Source: Rhodospirillales bacterium (GTDB lineage Bacteria; Pseudomonadota; Alphaproteobacteria; SMXQ01). From it: DNA of 64,000 bases. Every line of letters begins with the position of its first letter. Positions within the stretch are counted from its first letter, which is position 1. The notes under the pieces are model-generated. The model had not been told where the DNA came from, ran no database searches, and saw only the letters and a program-made list of their open reading frames with translations. The DNA lies in the NCBI GenBank assembly GCA_018666775.1, contig JABIXC010000007.1:190015-254014 (forward strand), written 5' to 3'. Of this stretch, positions 42,051-53,990 are shown piece by piece. Both the position numbers and the translations under genes were made by a program.

Positions 42051-43547
42051 TCAGGCAAGATAGCGGGAAGCCAAATGGGTTTTGAAGGCTTGCGCCCCCA
42101 AAGGCGCGCCGGTGGCACGGGTTAACACGTCATCGGTGGTCTCAAACGATGCCCGTTCATGGACATTTTTGCGCAGCCAGTCAAGCAGGAGCGAAAAATC
42201 ACCTTTTGATAAAGCTTTAGCGATTTCTGGGTGGGCGCGGTTGGCGGCTGCAAACAACTGCGCCGCCGCCATGGCCCCCAAGGTATAGGTTGGGAAATAG
42301 CCCCAGGCCCCGTCATACCAGTGGATGTCTTGCAAACAGCCTTCGCCATCATTTTTAGGGGTCACCCCCAATAATTTGCCCATTTCTTCGTTCCAGGCAT
42401 CGGGCAGGTCTTTCAGCGCAAGATCGCCAGACAAAAGTGCCCGTTCCATCCGAAACCGCAAGATCACATGGGCGGGATAGGTCGCCTCATCTGCATCAAC
42501 CCGGATCATGCCGCGTTCTACCCGCACATAATGGCGATGAATATTTTCAGGTTCCCAAGCTGGCCCCGTGCCCCCAAATGCTTCGGCCATCAACGGTGCT
42601 GCAAAGGCGATAAAGTCTGCCCCCCGGCATGCCTGCATTTCCATGATCAACGATTGGCTTTCATGGAGCACCATGCCGCGCGCACTCCCCACCGGTTGGT
42701 GACGCCATTTGGCGGGCAGGCCCTGGTCATACAGGGCGTGACCGGTTTCATGGAGCACGCCCATGATGGCGGGCATAAAATCATCTTCTGAATAACGCGT
42801 GGTGATGCGGATGTCTTCGGGCACACCACCACAGAACGGATGATGGCTTTCATCCAACCGGCCATGGCTGAAATCAAACCCCATGGCTCCCATCAAATGC
42901 CTGCAAAGGGCGCGTTGCGGTTCAATGGGGAACGGGCCGGTCAGGGCCAAGGGTGGCGGGCTAGCATGTTGGCGGGCCAAAACATCATCGATGAAGCCTG
43001 GCAAGAATTCAGCCAAATCATCGAATATCGGCTCAATCAATGCGGCCCGGCCACCGGGTTCAAATTCGTCCAGCAATGCATCATAGGGATCAAGGCCAAG
43101 GGCCGATCCCAAAACATCGGCCATTTCCACGACCAGACCATGGACCTCTGTCAGGGCGGGCAGAACAAGGGCGTAATTAGATGTATCCTTGGCTTCGCGC
43201 CACAGCATTTCACAGCGAGAACCAGCACCCGAAAGGCTTTCCACCAAACGCGCATCTATGGCTGATGCCCTGATCCAGCGCGTGCGCATTTCCCGCAAAT
43301 TTGCCTGCTGCCATGGGTCCAGCGCGCGATCCGCCTCTGCTGCGTCAAGAAAATCAGCAATGTCCGGGCTGGTCAGGGTTTCGTGGATCAATACTTTGAG
43401 GGTCGACAATTGCCCGGCCCGCGCATTGGCCCCACCTTCGGGCATCATGGTGGCCATATCCCATTGCAACATGCCCGCCCCGTCAGACAGTTTTGAAACC
43501 CGCTCAAACCGCGCTTCCAGTTCTGCGTAGGGCGATTTGGCGGCCAT
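42051..43547 (-). CDS. Carboxypeptidase, M32 family
   Basis: HPFC, HETGHALYDQG, HESQSL, IRVDADE, QDIHW..GYFPTYTLG. Confidence 0.95.
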   Translation of the reverse strand: MAAKSPYAELEARFERVSKLSDGAGMLQWDMATMMPEGGANARAGQLSTLKVLIHETLTSPDIADFLDAAEADRALDPWQQANLREMRTRWIRASAIDARLVESLSGAGSRCEMLWREAKDTSNYALVLPALTEVHGLVVEMADVLGSALGLDPYDALLDEFEPGGRAALIEPIFDDLAEFLPGFIDDVLARQHASPPPLALTGPFPIEPQRALCRHLMGAMGFDFSHGRLDESHHPFCGGVPEDIRITTRYSEDDFMPAIMGVLHETGHALYDQGLPAKWRHQPVGSARGMVLHESQSLIMEMQACRGADFIAFAAPLMAEAFGGTGPAWEPENIHRHYVRVERGMIRVDADEATYPAHVILRFRMERALLSGDLALKDLPDAWNEEMGKLLGVTPKNDGEGCLQDIHWYDGAWGYFPTYTLGAMAAAQLFAAANRAHPEIAKALSKGDFSLLLDWLRKNVHERASFETTDDVLTRATGAPLGAQAFKTHLASRYLA

Positions 43548-44329
43548 TACGGAACGGGGGCTTTCTTTTCACGGTGATAGATGCCGAAAATGACAATCAA
43601 GACCATGGCCAATGCAAACCAGGTGATGGCGTATTGCAGATGGTCATTGCGAAAATTAATCCGCGTCACCCCGGCCCGGGGCAGCGTGGATTTAGGGGCA
43701 GTCTTATCACCACTGACTTCAACCACCATGGGAAGCGGCACCCCAATGCCCATATGGCTGCCCATGGCATGGGTATCGTATGTCATCCAGAAACCAGTGG
43801 CGGGGGTGTTATCGGGGGTGAACATCCGTTTTATGGCGTCTCCCCGGGCAATACCCGTGACGCTAACCGTGCCTGAAACCTGTCCTGATGCGCGGGTTTT
43901 TGGGTCTTTGTTTGCCTGTGGCACCCAACCCCGATTAACCAGAACCGGGGGCAATCCATCGCGAATTAACGGCGTAATAACATGAACGCCGACCTTGCCG
44001 CGCCATAGGCGCGCTGCCAGATAAATCTCCTTATCGTGGCGAAATTTTCCCGTAACCTTGACCCGTCGGTAATCGGTGCCCTTCACATCCTTAATGCGTG
44101 CGCCAAGCGCCATAGGGGTCGCCGCCATGCGGGTTGTCACACGATCCAGCAGATCGCGCTTCCACACCAGCCGATCCATCTGCCAACTGCCAAACATCAA
44201 TAAAATGCCAAGGGCAATCGCGAAACAGATCCATGCGGTTATGCTAGGCCAACGCCACACCGCAGATGTTATGGAAGAGCCTTCAGTCACGTTCGCGTTC
44301 CTCTCTGCGATGATGAAAATGTGTCCCAA
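43547..44329 (-). CDS. SURF1-family cytochrome oxidase assembly protein (start possibly GTG 44290)
   Basis: GSWQMDRLVWK, LVNRGWVP, NDHLQYAITWF. Confidence 0.93.
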   Translation of the reverse strand: MGHIFIIAERNANVTEGSSITSAVWRWPSITAWICFAIALGILLMFGSWQMDRLVWKRDLLDRVTTRMAATPMALGARIKDVKGTDYRRVKVTGKFRHDKEIYLAARLWRGKVGVHVITPLIRDGLPPVLVNRGWVPQANKDPKTRASGQVSGTVSVTGIARGDAIKRMFTPDNTPATGFWMTYDTHAMGSHMGIGVPLPMVVEVSGDKTAPKSTLPRAGVTRINFRNDHLQYAITWFALAMVLIVIFGIYHREKKAPVP

Positions 44330-44657
44330 CCATAAGCCCCTTTAAGGGGCGAAGCATACCCATTGCAGCCACCAAAATAAAAGGTGGCCATATGATCCAA
44401 TGGACCCAGATTGGTGGATGAAAGCGAAACTCGACGAAAACCGCAAGCCCCACGACCAAAAAGCCTAGAATCATAATGACGAAAACGGCTGGCCCGTCGC
44501 CCTGTTCATGGGCAGACAAGTTTTCCCCACATGTGGAACAAGCCTCTGTCACTGTCAGATAACCGTCAAACAACGGGCCCTTACCACAATTTGGGCAACG
44601 GCAAAAAAACCCAGCCAAGAAGGGAGAAGTGGACACCGCAGGTTTCAAGTCAGCCAC
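44283..44657 (-). CDS. DUF983-family membrane protein
   Basis: CRCPNCGKGPLFDGYL...CSTCG...GDGPAVFV, LRPLKG. Confidence 0.9.
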   Translation of the reverse strand: MADLKPAVSTSPFLAGFFCRCPNCGKGPLFDGYLTVTEACSTCGENLSAHEQGDGPAVFVIMILGFLVVGLAVFVEFRFHPPIWVHWIIWPPFILVAAMGMLRPLKGLMVGTHFHHRREERERD

Positions 44658-44680
44658 GGTGTCCCTCCATCAGAGTGTCT

Positions 44681-45478
44681 TTAGGCAGCGCCGCCCCACC
44701 AGTAAATGCAGAAGAACAAGAACAGCCAAACCACATCAACAAAATGCCAATACCAAGCGGCGGCTTCGAACCCAACATGGTGTTCAGGTTTGAAATGTCC
44801 CTTAATGGACCGGACCAAACAAACCATCAAGAAGATGGTCCCGACGATGACATGGAAGCCATGGAACCCGGTGGCCATGTAGAAGGTTGTGGAATAAATC
44901 CCATCTTCAAAGCCAAAGGCTGCATGCGAATATTCATAGGCCTGAATAGCCGTAAACAACATGCCAAGGGCAATGGTCAAGACCAGCCCCATAATCAAAT
45001 GACGGCGATTGTCCTTGATCAGGGCATGATGGGCCCAGGTCAGGGTCACACCAGATGTCAGCAAGATAAGCGTGTTCAGGAAGGGCAAATCCCAGGGGTT
45101 AAACACTTCAACACCCTTCGGTGGCCAGACGCCCCCGATCGCAGCCGTTGGATACAGGCTGGCGGTGAAGAAGGCCCAGAAAAAGGCCGAAAAGAACATC
45201 ACTTCGGAAGCAATGAACAGTGCCATCCCGTAGCGAAGCCCAATCCGCACCACCGCACTATGGTGGCCTTCGACTTCGCCTTCGTGCACCACGTCTACCC
45301 ACCAGCGGAAGGCAACGAACAGAAGGGCTGCCAGCCCTGCGAAAAAGACCCATGGACCACCTTCATGCATATACATGATGGCACCCACCGCTATTATAAA
45401 TGCGGAGCCCGCACCTAAAATCGGCCATGGGCTTGGCTGGACCATATGGTAGGGATGGTTTGCGTGTGTATCGGCCAT
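44681..45478 (-). CDS. coxC: Cytochrome c oxidase subunit III
   Basis: [37 protein letters not shown]. Confidence 0.97.
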   Translation of the reverse strand: MADTHANHPYHMVQPSPWPILGAGSAFIIAVGAIMYMHEGGPWVFFAGLAALLFVAFRWWVDVVHEGEVEGHHSAVVRIGLRYGMALFIASEVMFFSAFFWAFFTASLYPTAAIGGVWPPKGVEVFNPWDLPFLNTLILLTSGVTLTWAHHALIKDNRRHLIMGLVLTIALGMLFTAIQAYEYSHAAFGFEDGIYSTTFYMATGFHGFHVIVGTIFLMVCLVRSIKGHFKPEHHVGFEAAAWYWHFVDVVWLFLFFCIYWWGGAA

Positions 45479-45526
45479 ATTTTTTACCCCTAATTCCTCA
45501 CGTCACTAAAACAGGTTCAAGTTGAT

Positions 45527-46114
45527 TTAATAAGTATTCCGTATCCCGCCAGGAATGCCGGAAACTTTTTTGGCATCCTTATTGGGCGCACGAAAAAATG
45601 TATACGAAAGCGCAATATCACTGACGTCATCCAGCTTGCGATCATTCACAATTTCTGGATCGACGTAAAACGCAACCGGCATGTCAACAGTTTGGCCGGG
45701 CTGCAAGGTCTGTTCCGTAAAACAGAAACACGCGACCTTGATAAAATATGGCCCCGCCTTGTGCGGTGTCACATTAAAGGTCGCAACCCCGGTAACGGGA
45801 ACATTGCTCAGATTCTTTGCCCGGTAATACGCCAGGGTTTCTTCGCCGAGCTTTAGATGCACCTTGTTTTGCAATGGTGTGAAAGACCATGGCAGCCGCG
45901 CGTTGACATTGCTCACCAAGGTGACGTCAACGCTGCGTGCAGATTTATTCAAAACGGGCTTGTTGGTTTTCGCAATCTGGGTCGTGCCGCCATAACCGGT
46001 AACCTGACAAAACAACCGATACAGGGGCACTGCTGCAAAGGAAAGCCCCACCATAGATGCCACCACGCCAACAGCAATTGTAGCGACGATACGATTGTTG
46101 TTCCGAAGCCCCAT
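45527..46114 (-). CDS. ctaG: Cytochrome c oxidase assembly protein CtaG/Cox11
   Basis: VPLYRLFCQVTGYGG, CFCF copper motif, LSYTFF. Confidence 0.95.
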   Translation of the reverse strand: MGLRNNNRIVATIAVGVVASMVGLSFAAVPLYRLFCQVTGYGGTTQIAKTNKPVLNKSARSVDVTLVSNVNARLPWSFTPLQNKVHLKLGEETLAYYRAKNLSNVPVTGVATFNVTPHKAGPYFIKVACFCFTEQTLQPGQTVDMPVAFYVDPEIVNDRKLDDVSDIALSYTFFRAPNKDAKKVSGIPGGIRNTY

Positions 46115-46245
46115 TAGTTAGACCCCGCCCCGCCCATACGAACGATGGTCAACACGTAGAACAAGACAACCATCCCGGCCAACACACCCATAAGGGCAAG
46201 ATTGCGCGCGCGAAGGTTTTTGTTGGGTGTGTTTTGATCCGCCAT
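46114..46245 (-). CDS. 43-aa single-TM protein between ctaB and ctaG (not in ORF track)
   Basis: [43 protein letters not shown]; TAATG overlaps at both ends. Confidence 0.85.
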   Translation of the reverse strand: MADQNTPNKNLRARNLALMGVLAGMVVLFYVLTIVRMGGAGSN

Positions 46246-47192
46246 TACAAACCCCCATTCATCAACATGCCATCGGCCATCAGGACGGCAAACAGCAAGA
46301 ACAGGTACAAAATTGAATATGCAAACAACGCCTTCGCAGCAGCGTCGCTGTAATCTTTCGATGCAAACATCACCCGAAAGGCGCCTACGATAAAGACAAG
46401 GCCCAAGACAGACGCTGAAATGCCATAAAGCATTCCGGAATATCCCAACGACCAGGGCAGGATGGTCACCGGAACCAAAAGCAGCGAATAGAAAACCATT
46501 TGGCGTTTCGTTGCGCGCGGTCCTGCGACAACAGGCAACATGGGGACGCCAACTTTTGCGTATTCATCTGCCTTGTAAAGCGCCAGAGCCCAAAAATGCG
46601 GGGGCGTCCACAAGAAGATGATCGAAAACATAATGACCGGCATCCACGTAACATCTCCCGTCACGGCGGCCCAGCCGATCATTGGGGGAAAGGCACCGGA
46701 TGCACCACCAATAACGATGTTCTGGGGTGTGCTGCGCTTCAGCCACATGGTGTAGACAAACACATAAAACCCGATGGTCAGCGCCAACAAAGCCGCCGCC
46801 ACCCAGTTAACCCCAATGCCCATAATGGCCACGGACCCAACAGCAAGGGTGATGCCGAAACCAAGGGCTTCGCCCGGGGCCATCCGTCCTGCAGGGATTG
46901 GGCGTTCCCGGGTCCGGGTCATGCCCGCATCAATATCGCGGTCGAACCACATATTGATGGCACCGCTGGCACCGGCACCGACGGCAATGCAAAGCAATGC
47001 GATCAACGCCAATACCGGATGCAGGTTGCCCGGTGCCAAAACCAAACCGGCAAGCCCTGTAAACACCACCAGAGACATAACCCGGGGCTTTAACAAAGCC
47101 ACGTAGTCCCCAACCGCAGGCATCATGGGGGCCTCCCCCACAACACCATTGTCGGCGGTATACAGTTCAGGTGGCAGGGCCGTCTGAGACAC
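46245..47192 (-). CDS. ctaB: Protoheme IX farnesyltransferase (heme o synthase); likely GTG start at 47192
   Basis: [51 protein letters not shown]; AAGGA SD before GTG 47192. Confidence 0.94.
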   Translation of the reverse strand: MSQTALPPELYTADNGVVGEAPMMPAVGDYVALLKPRVMSLVVFTGLAGLVLAPGNLHPVLALIALLCIAVGAGASGAINMWFDRDIDAGMTRTRERPIPAGRMAPGEALGFGITLAVGSVAIMGIGVNWVAAALLALTIGFYVFVYTMWLKRSTPQNIVIGGASGAFPPMIGWAAVTGDVTWMPVIMFSIIFLWTPPHFWALALYKADEYAKVGVPMLPVVAGPRATKRQMVFYSLLLVPVTILPWSLGYSGMLYGISASVLGLVFIVGAFRVMFASKDYSDAAAKALFAYSILYLFLLFAVLMADGMLMNGGL

Positions 47193-47218
47193 CGTGTTTC
47201 CTTTATTCCTGCGCTGGC

Positions 47219-48820
<1,602 letters not shown>

Positions 48821-49690
48821 TTAATTGCTGCCGGCCGCGACGGGCGCGGACCGGGCAAGTTTTATACTGGTGGTCTTGGTTGCGGGCTCTGCCTCGGCCT
48901 TGAATTTGACCTTGGCAGTGGCTGTCCATTTGGCAAAATCCGCCTTGGATACGGCGTTAATGGCAATGGGCATAAAGCCGTGATTGATGCCGCACAATTC
49001 CGAACACTGGCCGTAATAGACACCGGGTTTGGTAATCCGCACCCAGGTTTCGTTCATACGACCCGGAACCGCATCGATCTTGACCCCCAACGCGGGCACC
49101 GCCCATGCGTGGAGGACGGAATTGGCCGTAACCAACACCCTGATATTCGTGTTCACCGGCAAAACAATCCGATTATCCACTTCTAACAGGCGCAATTGTC
49201 CGGGCTTGATTTCCGCATCAGGAATCATCTGGCTATCGAAGATAAACTTACCTTGATCAGGATATTCATAGGTCCAGAACCACTGACTGCCGGTGACCTT
49301 GAGCGTCATCTCCGGTTTGTCCGTTCTGTCCATATAATAGAGAAGCTTGAGCGACGGGATTGAGATCAACACTAAAATGATGATCGGAACCACGGTCCAA
49401 ACAACTTCTAATAGCGTGTGATGCGTTGTGCGCGACGGCGTCGGATTGGCTTTGGCATTGAACCGCACCATCACATACACCATGAGTGCCAGCACAAAAA
49501 TCGCAATCACGAAGATTAGAACGAGCAAGAAGTTGTGAAAGTCAGTGATTTGTTCCATCACCGGCGATGCCGCTGGCTGGAACCCCATTTGCCATGGCTG
49601 TGGCCCAGCTGCAATTGCAGGGGCACCAACACCGAACACTGTCAGTGTGGCTACGAACATGACGGATGCAAATTTTCGGATTAACCGCAT
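48821..49690 (-). CDS. coxB: Cytochrome c oxidase subunit II
   Basis: LEVVWT, QWFWTYEY, CuA motif HAW...GQCSELCGINHGFM. Confidence 0.97.
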   Translation of the reverse strand: MRLIRKFASVMFVATLTVFGVGAPAIAAGPQPWQMGFQPAASPVMEQITDFHNFLLVLIFVIAIFVLALMVYVMVRFNAKANPTPSRTTHHTLLEVVWTVVPIIILVLISIPSLKLLYYMDRTDKPEMTLKVTGSQWFWTYEYPDQGKFIFDSQMIPDAEIKPGQLRLLEVDNRIVLPVNTNIRVLVTANSVLHAWAVPALGVKIDAVPGRMNETWVRITKPGVYYGQCSELCGINHGFMPIAINAVSKADFAKWTATAKVKFKAEAEPATKTTSIKLARSAPVAAGSN

Positions 49691-49988
49691 TCTTGAAATC
49701 CTGTCTGAAATCAGGTGAAAAATCTCTTATTCTCGGAAGGGGTACTTCCTTCAAGTCTCGGGCAACCTACACTATGCACATGTATTTTCACAACCCACCC
49801 CAAGGCCTTTTTTCCCTTTTTTCTCTATTTTTCGGGGGTTTATGAGAATGCTTCGCATTGGAATAGCATTGATGTAACCTTACCCTTCATTCTCGGGTAA
49901 AACTGCGCCAAAACTGCATACCGGATTGATCACCGACCATCCGCGTGGCACCTATAGGATCAACCGACAAGGCGGGCTATGATAGACC

Positions 49989-51422
49989 ATGACTGATAAA
50001 CCCAATCCTGAAGACCTGTTCTTTTCCCGGACCGACCTGACCCGTTCGGGCGCCGAAGCCATCTTAGCGGGAGCCCTTAACGGTGCCGATGACGGCGAGC
50101 TGTTTCTTGAATATTCCGTTTCAGAAAGCTTTTCCTTTGATGACGGACGGTTGCGCTCAGCCAATGCCGACACGTCCCAGGGCTTTGGATTGCGTGCCAT
50201 CGCCGATGAAGCCACTGGATACGCCCATGGTTCAGAATTTTCCGATGCGGCCCTCAAGCGTGCGGCCGATACCGTCCATGCGGTTACCCGTGGCTATGAC
50301 GGCACCATTGCTGCCCCGCCACCGGGCACCAACCGCGCGCTCTATAGTGACGACAATCCCCTGAACGAAGTGGCGTTTGAAGCCAAGGTTAAATTGCTGT
50401 CAGACATTGATGCCTATTTGCGGGCCCGCGACCCCAGAGTGCGACAAGTCATGGCGTCTTTGTCGGGCGAATGGCGGGCCATAGAAATCATCCGTGCCGA
50501 CGGTGAAAGCGCCCATGACATCCGGCCTCTGGTGCGGGTCAATATTTCCGTCATGGTTGGCGATGGCGACAAGCAGGAAACCGGCAGTTTTGGCACCGGT
50601 GGCCGCACCGGCTATGGGGATTTCATTGCCCCCGATGTCTGGCAGACAAACGCCGATGAAGCACTACGCCAAGCCTTGATTAAACTGGATGCCGTTCCCG
50701 CACCTGCCGGTGAAATGGAAGTGGTGTTGGGGCCGGGCTGGCCCGGCATCTTGCTCCACGAAGCCGTGGGCCATGGGCTTGAAGGGGATTTCAACCGCAA
50801 AAAAACATCCGTATTCGCAGGGTTGCTTGGCCAACGCGTTGCATCCCCCGGCGTCACGGTCATTGATGACGGCACCATTGAAGGTCGCCGTGGATCGCTT
50901 AGCATTGACGATGAAGGTACGCCGACATCGGCCACCACGTTAATCGAGGACGGCATTTTGGTGGGCTACATGCAAGACCGCATGAATGCACGGCTGATGA
51001 ATGTTAATCCCACGGGCAATGGGCGGCGGCAGGATTTTGCCCACAAACCCATGCCGCGCATGACCAACACATTTATGAAAAATGGCGATTGTGACCCGGA
51101 AGAAATCATTAAAAGCATCAAATCCGGGCTCTATGCCGTTAATTTTGGTGGCGGCCAAGTTGATATCACATCGGGCAAGTTCGTGTTTTCTGCATCCGAA
51201 GCCTATCTGGTAGATAACGGAAAAATCGGCGCACCCGTCAAGGGTGCAACCCTGATCGGCAATGGTGCCGATGCCCTGACGCGGATTTCCATGGTTGGCA
51301 ACGACATGAAACTGGACCCGGGCGTTGGCACCTGTGGCAAGGATGGCCAAGGCGTACCCGTCGGCGTTGGCCAACCCACCCTGAAAATTGACGCCCTCAC
51401 CGTGGGCGGCACGGCTTCGTAA
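49989..51422 (+). CDS. tldD: Metalloprotease TldD
   Basis: GILLHEAVGHGLEGDFNRK, PMPRMTNT, CGKDGQGVPVGVGQPTL. Confidence 0.96.
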   Translation: MTDKPNPEDLFFSRTDLTRSGAEAILAGALNGADDGELFLEYSVSESFSFDDGRLRSANADTSQGFGLRAIADEATGYAHGSEFSDAALKRAADTVHAVTRGYDGTIAAPPPGTNRALYSDDNPLNEVAFEAKVKLLSDIDAYLRARDPRVRQVMASLSGEWRAIEIIRADGESAHDIRPLVRVNISVMVGDGDKQETGSFGTGGRTGYGDFIAPDVWQTNADEALRQALIKLDAVPAPAGEMEVVLGPGWPGILLHEAVGHGLEGDFNRKKTSVFAGLLGQRVASPGVTVIDDGTIEGRRGSLSIDDEGTPTSATTLIEDGILVGYMQDRMNARLMNVNPTGNGRRQDFAHKPMPRMTNTFMKNGDCDPEEIIKSIKSGLYAVNFGGGQVDITSGKFVFSASEAYLVDNGKIGAPVKGATLIGNGADALTRISMVGNDMKLDPGVGTCGKDGQGVPVGVGQPTLKIDALTVGGTAS

Positions 51423-51425
51423 TAC

Positions 51426-51716
51426 ATGCTCCGAAATTCCCCCCCCTGGATTTGGATTTTGATTTTTGCACTGGCCGCGACCGCCGGTTTGTTATGGCTG
51501 GCCGCAGATGCCGGAATGATGCCCGGGGCCACCAGCACTGGCCCGCGCATTGTGCACGGGGTTGTTCTGGTCACCTTGTTGGCATCGGGATTGATCCACG
51601 GCGGGCGCATTGGTTTTAAAACCATGCTGGGTGCCGGGTTTCTATGGCTGGCCGTCGGCGCCATCTTGATGGTGATTTACAATTACCGTTTCGCCATGGG
51701 GTGGACCGGGGCGTAG
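51426..51716 (+). CDS. Small 3-TM membrane protein
   Basis: Three hydrophobic segments; ends FLWLAVGAILMVIYNYRFAMG; directly follows tldD. Confidence 0.65.
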   Translation: MLRNSPPWIWILIFALAATAGLLWLAADAGMMPGATSTGPRIVHGVVLVTLLASGLIHGGRIGFKTMLGAGFLWLAVGAILMVIYNYRFAMGWTGA

Positions 51717-51722
51717 AAAATT

Positions 51723-51766
51723 AATACGCGTATTCTTCGAATGCTCAATACGCGTATTCTTCGAAT
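51723..51766. repeat. Direct repeat of the last 20 bp of gshA (AATACGCGTATTCTTCGAAT x2, 4-bp spacer)
   Basis: 51723-51742 identical to 51747-51766; each copy contains the 12-bp palindrome AATACGCGTATT. Confidence 0.95.
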
Positions 51767-53109
51767 ACCGGGTCCACATTTTCCTGCCAGCGATCATGGT
51801 ACAGGGCCAGTTTGACCTCTGCCGGGGTTTTACCCCGTTCCAGGATTTCTTCCAACGTTTTCAAATGATAGCTTTCATTGGTGCCGGTATCATCCAATTT
51901 TTCCCGCCGCGTCAAACCTGCGTGCGATAGCGCCACCACTTCTGCTGCAAGATCCGCCAAGGGCTTGCCCCTGAATTCAGTGGACAGGGCATGTTTTGGC
52001 ACTTCGGCGCGCAAGTATTCATGATCGGCCTGCTGCCAGTCTGAAATCAGGGCTGCTGCCGCCGCTTGCGCTTCGGCATCATAAAGCAAGCCAACCCAGA
52101 ACGCCGGCAAGGCACAAATGCGACGCCATGGCCCGCCATCGGCGCCGCGCATTTCCAGAAATTTCTTAAGACGCACTTCGGGAAACACCGTGGTCATATG
52201 GTCTTCCCAGTCTTTGATGGTCGGGTAAACGCCCGGCAATGCCGGTAATTTTCCGGCCATGAAATCACGAAAAGATTGCCCGGATGCATCTATATAGGTG
52301 CCATCGCGATAGACAAAATACATGGGCACATCGAGCATGTAATCAACGTACCGTTCAAACCCGAAGCCATTTTCGAACACAAACGGCAGGGTCCCGCAGC
52401 GGTCCACATCGGTATCGGTCCAGACATGGCTGCGATAACTGAGATACCCATTGGGCTTGCCATCGGTGAACGGCGAATTGGCAAACAACGCAGTAACGAT
52501 TGGCTGCAACGCAAGGCCGATGCGGAATTTTTCCACCATATCGGCTTCGCTTTCAAAATCCAGATTGACCTGAATGGTGCAGGTCCGAAGCATCATATCA
52601 AGGCCCAGATTGCCCTGGGTTGGCATATAGGCCTTCATGATTTTATAGCGCCCCTTGGGCATCCACGGCGTGTCTTCGCGGGACCATTTAGGCTGGAACC
52701 CAACCCCTAAAAATCCAGCACCAATTTCTGCCGCCACCTCTTTGACCTGATCCAGATGCTGATGCACCTCGCGGCAGGTCTGATGCAAGGTCTCCATGAT
52801 GTCGCCAGACAATTCGAATTGCCCGCCCGGCTCCAGGGTGATGGACGCACCCCCCATGGTCAGCGCGATAGGGGTGTCCCCTTCCAGTATCGGGGTCCAC
52901 CCGAACCGGGTCAGGCCCTCCAGCATGGCACGAATGGAACATGGCCCATCATAGGGCAACGGCCTGTGATCAGATTGGGCGAAGGCAAATTTTTCGTGTT
53001 CTGTTCCGATGCGCCATTGATCCCGAGGCTTCGCGCCACTGGCCAAATATTCAATCAATTCGGTCTTTGACGTAACGGGGGCTGCTTGTGGGCTTGATGG
53101 ACCAGACAT
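51745..53109 (-). CDS. gshA: Glutamate--cysteine ligase (alphaproteobacterial/plant type)
   Basis: [59 protein letters not shown]. Confidence 0.95.
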   Translation of the reverse strand: MSGPSSPQAAPVTSKTELIEYLASGAKPRDQWRIGTEHEKFAFAQSDHRPLPYDGPCSIRAMLEGLTRFGWTPILEGDTPIALTMGGASITLEPGGQFELSGDIMETLHQTCREVHQHLDQVKEVAAEIGAGFLGVGFQPKWSREDTPWMPKGRYKIMKAYMPTQGNLGLDMMLRTCTIQVNLDFESEADMVEKFRIGLALQPIVTALFANSPFTDGKPNGYLSYRSHVWTDTDVDRCGTLPFVFENGFGFERYVDYMLDVPMYFVYRDGTYIDASGQSFRDFMAGKLPALPGVYPTIKDWEDHMTTVFPEVRLKKFLEMRGADGGPWRRICALPAFWVGLLYDAEAQAAAAALISDWQQADHEYLRAEVPKHALSTEFRGKPLADLAAEVVALSHAGLTRREKLDDTGTNESYHLKTLEEILERGKTPAEVKLALYHDRWQENVDPVFEEYAY

Positions 53110-53145
53110 AAAAAAAGCGCTTCCTTAAACTTTGTACATTCCAAC

Positions 53146-53946
53146 TCAGCGAGGGCTCGACCCCACCCAATCACCCAGAACCGCCTGCCAACAGGCAAGG
53201 GCCGCAACGGCGGCCGTATCGGCGCGCAACAAACGTGGGCCAAGACTGACAGGGGTAACAAAGGGTAGTTTCTTGAGGGCGTCAAGTTCGGTGACATCAA
53301 ACCCGCCTTCTGGGCCAATCAAAATTGCCCACGGATTGCTTTTTGTAGCCCCGGGTTCTGTCGCAATCAAAGCTTCGGCAATGGGTGCACCGGAACCCGA
53401 TTCATCACAAAACATCAAACGCCGTGTCTCATCCCAGCCTTCAAGGACCGTTTTCAGGCCCTTGGGCGCGCGAATTTCGGGCACACTTAATCGGCCTGTT
53501 TGTTGGGCCGCCTCTATTGCATTGGCGGCCAAACGATCTGTATTAACCCGCGAAACACTGGTGCGCGCGGTCAATACCGGCTGCAATACCGATACCCCCA
53601 GCTCCGTCGCCTTTTGGGCCAGATAATCAATGCGAGCATATTTGATGGGTGCAAAAAGCAACCAAAGATCGGGTTCTGGGCTTTGGGGCTGGCTTTGATC
53701 AATCACATCCACCGATGCCCAGCCCTTGCCAAAGCCAGCAATCGTGGCCCGCCATTCACCATGCTGGCCATTGAACACAGCAATCGTGTCGCCCGCAGAA
53801 AGCCTTAAAACATGGCGCAAATAATGGGCCTGGGTCGGTTTCAGCCCAAGGCTTTGGCCAGATTCCAGCAGATCTTCGACAAAAATCCGGGTGCGAACCG
53901 ATGTCGCATCCTTGCCGTTACCACTTGCTTTTCTCTTGCCCATCAT
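53146..53946 (-). CDS. rsmE: 16S rRNA m3U1498 methyltransferase
   Basis: AHYLRHVLRL, QKATELGV, EAAQQTGRL, LIGPEGGF, LGPRLLRADTA. Confidence 0.95.
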   Translation of the reverse strand: MMGKRKASGNGKDATSVRTRIFVEDLLESGQSLGLKPTQAHYLRHVLRLSAGDTIAVFNGQHGEWRATIAGFGKGWASVDVIDQSQPQSPEPDLWLLFAPIKYARIDYLAQKATELGVSVLQPVLTARTSVSRVNTDRLAANAIEAAQQTGRLSVPEIRAPKGLKTVLEGWDETRRLMFCDESGSGAPIAEALIATEPGATKSNPWAILIGPEGGFDVTELDALKKLPFVTPVSLGPRLLRADTAAVAALACWQAVLGDWVGSSPR

Positions 53947-53990
53947 TGGCCATCTTGTGATCTATTGTAGGTCAGCCTAAGACTACAACC

